A stretch of DNA of 55,257 nt from Dimorphilus gyrociliatus (lineage: Eukaryota > Animalia > Annelida): NCBI GenBank assembly GCA_904063045.1, contig CAJFCJ010000073.1, positions 1-55,257 on the forward strand, read 5' to 3'. Position 1 is the first letter of the stretch, and every line of letters begins with the position of its first letter. Of the stretch, positions 49,700 to 55,257 are shown piece by piece. Both the position numbers and the translations under genes were made by a program. The notes below the pieces were generated by a model. The model saw only the letters and a list, made by a program, of their open reading frames with translations, was not told where the DNA came from and did not search any database.

Positions 49700-52025
49700 A
49701 ATCTCTGTTATCAAATGACAACGTTTACCACTAGTTCGGTATACAAATCCTCTAAAAAAAGAATGTAAATAATGCTAGAATTTTGGAAAGAAGGTATGTT
49801 TTTATTACAAACTTGCAAAGAAGATCAGCAGTACAAACGTTCAAACATATTTCAATGTCTAAACCTTTCATCGAACTCCATTTGAATATTTCTGAATAGT
49901 ATGGCTGAGATCCAAAAATTCTATCCACATGAATTTCGTATTCTGTAACTGTTTGAATTATTTTTTTATCAAAATGAATTTTTGAAATCGTATTAGTAAT
50001 CATTTTTACTTTTTGGCATTTTTCCCACAATCGAATAGCCAGTACTGTTTGTTATTGAAGTAAATTCTGTACCTAGATAGCAGTGTAGTGACACATGAAA
50101 AGTCACTGCTCTAAATAATAGTTAAAGGTTTACTGGAAAGTGTCTTACAAGTTATCTACTCTACTTCTTAGTTAGCATTCAGCAATACAATATATATACA
50201 TTACATACCTGCACTTTGAACTTAAACTGCAAACATCTAGACATTCAGTAAGATCTTTAACAATTTTATTTGAAGATCCCCAAACTGAAGTAAAATACGA
50301 AGTACCTCCAATAGCTACAGAATTTGCATAAACTGAATATTCATCTATTTTTAGATAAATTAAATATGAAGTTCGATGCTCCTTTTATTAATAAATAAAA
50401 ATACCTGTTAACAATTTAACATACGTATGACAGTCATTGTTGAAAGTTTCACCGGTAAAACTACTCTTTAAATTGCAATTATTGCCAGTAATATTAAAGG
50501 TAATTGCTCTGGAAAAAAGACATAGAAAGAGTTATTCTTTTAAAAAAACGGAAAAACCTGCACAATGGTTCCGAATTGCAAATACTTAGACATTCCTCAA
50601 CATCTGTATTAGGAATTGTTGATAATCCAAACTTTGCAGAAACAAAAGGAAAATTTAGTGTCACAATTGAATTTTTATAAAGTTTATACTGATGCTCTAT
50701 TTCTAGAAAAATAAGATTAATGAAATGAATTGCTGATGAGACAATATTTACCTGAAGGTATTTTCATATAAAGATCATGTCCATTTTTTTCCTCTTTACC
50801 TATGACAATGCTTTTAAATTCACAGGTCATATTATGAACATCAAAAGCAACTGCCCTAAATCGAAGATTGGTAAGAAAAGAATAAAGCTAAAATTTATTA
50901 AAACAACTTGCAAAGAAGATCATAACTGCAACTTCTTTTACAATGGTCAGCTGATGTTACATTTATTAAAGATGATGTCCAAATTTGGGAAAGAAGTGGA
51001 ACATTAGGATTTGCGTCAGAATTTTTGTATAATTTATATTGAATTGCTTTAATTCATAAACAAAAACGAAAACGAATAAAAACTCATGTAAAATATAATA
51101 ATAAAACTTTTATATATAATCACATTTTGGATGTTTTGCATAAAGCCTGAGACCCAGTTGATAATACTTTCCATAAAAAAGAGCTTTAAAATAACACCTT
51201 TTTAAGGCCACGTTGTAATCAAAAGCTCTGGAAAATTAGTTTTCGATGAAGAATAAGTAATTTTATTAGGGATATTTTTCTATTTACTTGCATCCTTCTT
51301 CAGTGTAGCATGTATCCATGCACTCTTCAACGTTCGTTACTTGAATTTCACTTAAACTCCATCGAGTAGATTCAAAAGATATACTTGGACCAGCAGCCTC
51401 ATTATCAAACACATCAAATTTGTCTGAAACTGTTTTTTTTTTATATATTATTTTAAAAATAATTTAAAAGACACCTACGTGATGATTCAATACAAATATT
51501 CGAAACGGATATTAAATAGACAAGGATCAAATATATTTTATAGACCATGTCTTCTTTCCAAATGGATTAGGAAGTGAATGAAGACTGTTTTCAAATAAGG
51601 AATATTCAATACAAAATCTATATAATTGTATTGTTCAGAAATTTAACAAAACACTCCGTTTCTAACTACAAGTAAAATTTATATTTAATAATAATTTAAT
51701 TATTAATTCGCAATGTATTGACTGCTTAAATAAATACTGTAATTACATTAAAAGCTCCATCTACTGGATTACAATAAAACTAGTATTTTTAATTGATATT
51801 TTTTGAATTTCGTTATTATTATTCCAAAGCCTTTTACGCTGTTCTCTAAAATTCTACTTCCATTTTACTTATTTATAAGTTAGACAAAGAAATAACTGAA
51901 TCATTATTTAAAACATCAAATTTCCTTATAGTTTATTCTAAAAAAAAGAAAATTATGACTCTTTTCCAACAAAATTACAGCAAAATAGAGAATTAGAGAG
52001 AAAGATTGAAAACTTGAAATCATCT
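49700..52025 (-). CDS. Probable secreted multi-PAN/Apple-domain protein; structure uncertain
   Basis: Signal-like MISSFQSFSLILYFAVILL near 52025. PAN motifs IQVTNVEECMDTCYTEEGCK (~51290-51350) and LDIEICLNVCTADLLCKFVI (49752-50030). Confidence 0.45.
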
Positions 52026-52156
52026 CACCAAAAGTCATTTTTAGTCAATTACTTGTGACTTTTCCAAGTCGGCATTTTCTGTTGAAAACACTTTATGTGA
52101 ATTAAGAGAATTTATTTGCGAAAAAACTACAGTGCATAAAACAATTCGTCATAACT

Positions 52157-53120
52157 TTAGACAATATCAACTTGGCATAGTTGGAATGAACTGTAATTTT
52201 TAAAGCTATAAATATGAACAGCTTCGCAATATCGATTGTTACACGAACATACAAATTTACATTCTGTATTGCTTGACTGGAATACTTGACATTGTTTAAA
52301 CACTCTAGAGATTTGGGGTTCAGGAGGTGTATAAACTAATAAGTTACTGCTTAGTGTATTTTCGCAAACTAAATCTGTTCCTCTGATAGAAATGTTAATT
52401 AAATTTAGAGGTTTATTAGCTCCTAGAAAAGGAATCCAATGGATAATTTTCATTACCTACACATGTAGAGATATCAGAACCGAACAACTTTGCCATCATA
52501 TCTGTAGAATAATAAGGGTTAGGTGAGAGTTGTTCTCCTCTAATAGAACATGTTAACTCATCTCCAACTGCCGTTGTGAATTGACATTGTTCATTTGTAG
52601 AACAAATTGGATATTGTTGAAAGCGCCCACAGTTTTGTGGTTTTACTCTAATATTTTTCCTAAGCCTTTCCCATTTCTAATGCATATCTATCGAAAGATC
52701 TCACTTGTTCAGGTAAATGAGAATGAATAGTTCCTTAGAAAAATCCTTTCGTTTTCTGAAAACAGTATCTATTGCTATATAGTTCGTTGGTGATAGTAAA
52801 ACCTTGACAAGTTGAATCTTCAAGGCAATGTTTAGCACATAATCAGAGATCTTAAGCTTCCAATACTGCTACATGATAACTCAAGTCAAACTTGTCAAGA
52901 ACTCCTTTTTTTATAAGTAAATCCTGATACAGCATATTTTGGTAAAAAAACATCCATAATTCTCATCAAAGCAATTCAAATTTTTCCAACCACTAGCTTT
53001 GCATTCACTTTGGTTTATGTCACTTTTGCCTATTCTTATTCTTTTGTCAATGCTAATATCACATTCATCATCAAAATATCCTGCAAACGTTGATCTTATT
53101 TGACAAATCAAAAAATGTAA
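52157..53120 (-). CDS. Probable secreted trefoil-like plus PAN plus C-terminal Cys-module protein
   Basis: ECDISIDKRIRIGKSDINQSECKASGW...CFF (trefoil-like, 52911-53330). PAN-like ..EQCQFTTAV..LTCSI (~52520-52620). Terminal ECKFVCSC..FQLCQVDIV* (52157-52453). Confidence 0.5.
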
Positions 53121-53628
53121 TAAAAAGATACGGCAATGTAGATTTCGGATAGGGGTGTGAACGTACCCATGAAGGGTTCGCACCCGACCCCATAGATTTC
53201 TCATAATACCACTTGTCTCTAATGATAAAAAGAAAACAAATGTTGAAATAAGCTTCTTTGTATACGAAAAACAACAAAAATACGTAAGATTCTCTATGAA
53301 TTTTAACCAAAAAATATACATAAATAACATAAAAAATGTAAAAAGAACATATACATCATAAAATAATGATACATTATAAAATTTTTGGATTATTCTTTAC
53401 ATTTTTCACCTTTCAGAAAAAATATCTATATACACGAATTTTTCACTAGAGGGGTGAATTACTGATGAATTGTAAATATAATACTATTATCTCTATATGT
53501 ATTATATATTATAATATCTTATTTTTAACATTATTCACTAATTTCACTTATCTATGTTTCAAATATGAAAACATCGGAAAATTGTACAACGGCTATATTT
53601 AATTGTTTTTGCAATGTGATTTTACAGT

Positions 53629-55257
53629 CTATACTCTAGCAATATCCTTTCCAAAGTGTCTGCTAATTGTCTGACAACTGTGGGAGTCCAATAAAGAATG
53701 TCTGATATCAAATATTTGTAAATTTTTTGATGACCTTTCAAGTCCTCTACAAATATCTCTCCATCCTCTTCCAATATCAGAATTCCATCCTATATATAAT
53801 TTTTCAATTTTTGAACATTTCGTCAATAATTTTCCAACAGATTTGCACATATTTTCATTTAATTTACAATTTTGAAAACCAATATTTTTTAGAGTATGGA
53901 CAGAATTTTCAAGTCCCTTGCATATTTGAAAAAATCCATCTCCCATATCTCTATTCAATCCTATAAATATTGTACAAATTCGAGTACTTTTGGACAGGAA
54001 ATCGCCAATATAAAAGGCTACATATTTTGTTATATTACAGTTTTCAAAATCTATAGCCGTTAAGTTAGCACGGAACGCGTACAATTCTTTAAAAATTATA
54101 TAAACGCCATTGATCATACTTGGATTACTTCTAAAATATGTTTTTTCAATTTTTGAGCATTTCGTTAGTAGATCTCCAATACAAATGCACAAAAATTCAT
54201 CAATGCAACATTCATCGAAATATAGGCCTTTTAAACTGGTTGAAGATTTTACAAGCCCTTTACAAATTGAAGAAAATCCCTGCCTTCCCATATTTCTATT
54301 ACAATTTAAATGTACTTTCTCAACTGTTGAACATTTTAGCAATAAATTTCCAAGAGAAATGCTGCTGTTTTCATCTAAATTACAGTCAGCAAAATCAAGA
54401 GTCTTTAAAGTATCAGACGAAGTTTCAAGTCCTCCGCAAATAGATATAATCGCTTCTACAAGATCTTTATTAGATTTCAATTGACATGCCTGCAATTGAG
54501 TACAATTCACTAACAACTGTGCCAAAGATAATCCCATATTTTCATTTAAATTACACTCTTCTAGGTAAAGAAATTTTAATTTTGAACAAGAATTTTGCAG
54601 ACCATTACAAATTGCAAAAAATCCTTTTCTCATATTTGTATTTCCTTCTAAATCTAATTCTTCGATATGATGACAATCCAAAAGTAGATTTCCAAGATGA
54701 TTGCTAGCGTCTTCATCCAATTTAAACTCTGTAATACGAATTATTTTTAATGTGTAGGAGGAACATTGAAGACCTTTGAAAAGTTTCAAATTCTCATTAG
54801 CTATAGTATCATTGTGTCCAATATTGATTTGTTGAATTTGAGGACAGAGAGTGAAAAGATTTTTAAGCTCTTCACCATATTCTCCACAGAGACCGCAATT
54901 ATATAAGCTTATCGTGATCAATGTTTTGCAAGATGTCTTCAATCCTTTACAAATATCAGAGAAATGCATTCCAATATTTGTATTTTCTCCAAGGTAGACA
55001 TTTTCAAGTGTTGAAAAATTTCGCAATGTATCTATAATAAGTTTGCACATACTCTTATTCAAATTGCAGTTAGTAAGATCAATTTCCCTTAAAGTGTCAT
55101 GTGATCTTTCAAGTTTCGTAATAATGTGTATCAAACCATTTTCAATGTTACTATTTTCTGAAATGTTCAAACATTGAATTCGACAGGAGTTTTTGATAAG
55201 ATTTCCAATTACTACAGACATATTTTCAGTTATTTTACATTTTTGAAAATTAATCCT
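53629..55257 (-). CDS. Long intronless RI-type LRR protein, 5'-truncated by the window edge
   Basis: 530-aa ORF that stays open to position 55257. About nine 57-aa units of alternating 28+29 residues (LREIDLTNCNLN../LENVYLGENTNI..). Confidence 0.9.
   Translation of the reverse strand, partial: RINFQKCKITENMSVVIGNLIKNSCRIQCLNISENSNIENGLIHIITKLERSHDTLREIDLTNCNLNKSMCKLIIDTLRNFSTLENVYLGENTNIGMHFSDICKGLKTSCKTLITISLYNCGLCGEYGEELKNLFTLCPQIQQINIGHNDTIANENLKLFKGLQCSSYTLKIIRITEFKLDEDASNHLGNLLLDCHHIEELDLEGNTNMRKGFFAICNGLQNSCSKLKFLYLEECNLNENMGLSLAQLLVNCTQLQACQLKSNKDLVEAIISICGGLETSSDTLKTLDFADCNLDENSSISLGNLLLKCSTVEKVHLNCNRNMGRQGFSSICKGLVKSSTSLKGLYFDECCIDEFLCICIGDLLTKCSKIEKTYFRSNPSMINGVYIIFKELYAFRANLTAIDFENCNITKYVAFYIGDFLSKSTRICTIFIGLNRDMGDGFFQICKGLENSVHTLKNIGFQNCKLNENMCKSVGKLLTKCSKIEKLYIGWNSDIGRGWRDICRGLERSSKNLQIFDIRHSLLDSHSCQTISRHFGKDIARV

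Noticed and set aside
35839-54707. ORFs opposite the LRR genes (35839-36264, 36487-36777, 36503-36691, 53727-53966, 54110-54484, 54138-54443, 54486-54707)
   Set aside because: Antisense shadows of repetitive coding sequence with no independent motifs.

Overview
Eukaryotic, very AT-rich, gene-dense DNA with many short GT-AG introns. Gene content (GRL101-type receptors, F-type lectins, PAN proteins, gypsy and Tc1 elements) suggests a compact invertebrate genome, probably lophotrochozoan; a miniaturised annelid such as Dimorphilus would fit, but that is inference only. It reads as an accessory, lectin/receptor-rich cluster. (i) A head-to-head pair of GRL101-like GPCR genes with SRCR/C-type-lectin/LDLa/LRR ectodomains shares a ~235-bp spacer. 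(ii) Three paralogous secreted F5/8C-like plus FAMeT-like proteins, an F-type lectin gene, PAN, trefoil and LU-domain genes. (iii) Two CRAL-TRIO paralogs. (iv) Four intronless genes or relics with ribonuclease-inhibitor-type alternating 28/29-aa LRRs, linked to RING or B-box/coiled-coil modules (a TRIM-LRR-like family); one is joined in frame to a gypsy pol fragment. (v) A near-intact Tc1-like element with DD35E spacing nested in an LTR-like repeat. (vi) About 8-9 copies of a ~200-bp GG-ended MITE carrying telomere-like TTAGGG repeats and a G-quadruplex motif, two with clear 8-bp TSDs. No rRNA, tRNA or CRISPR array was recognised. Exon boundaries were read by eye and are approximate; some frameshifts could be assembly errors in homopolymers.
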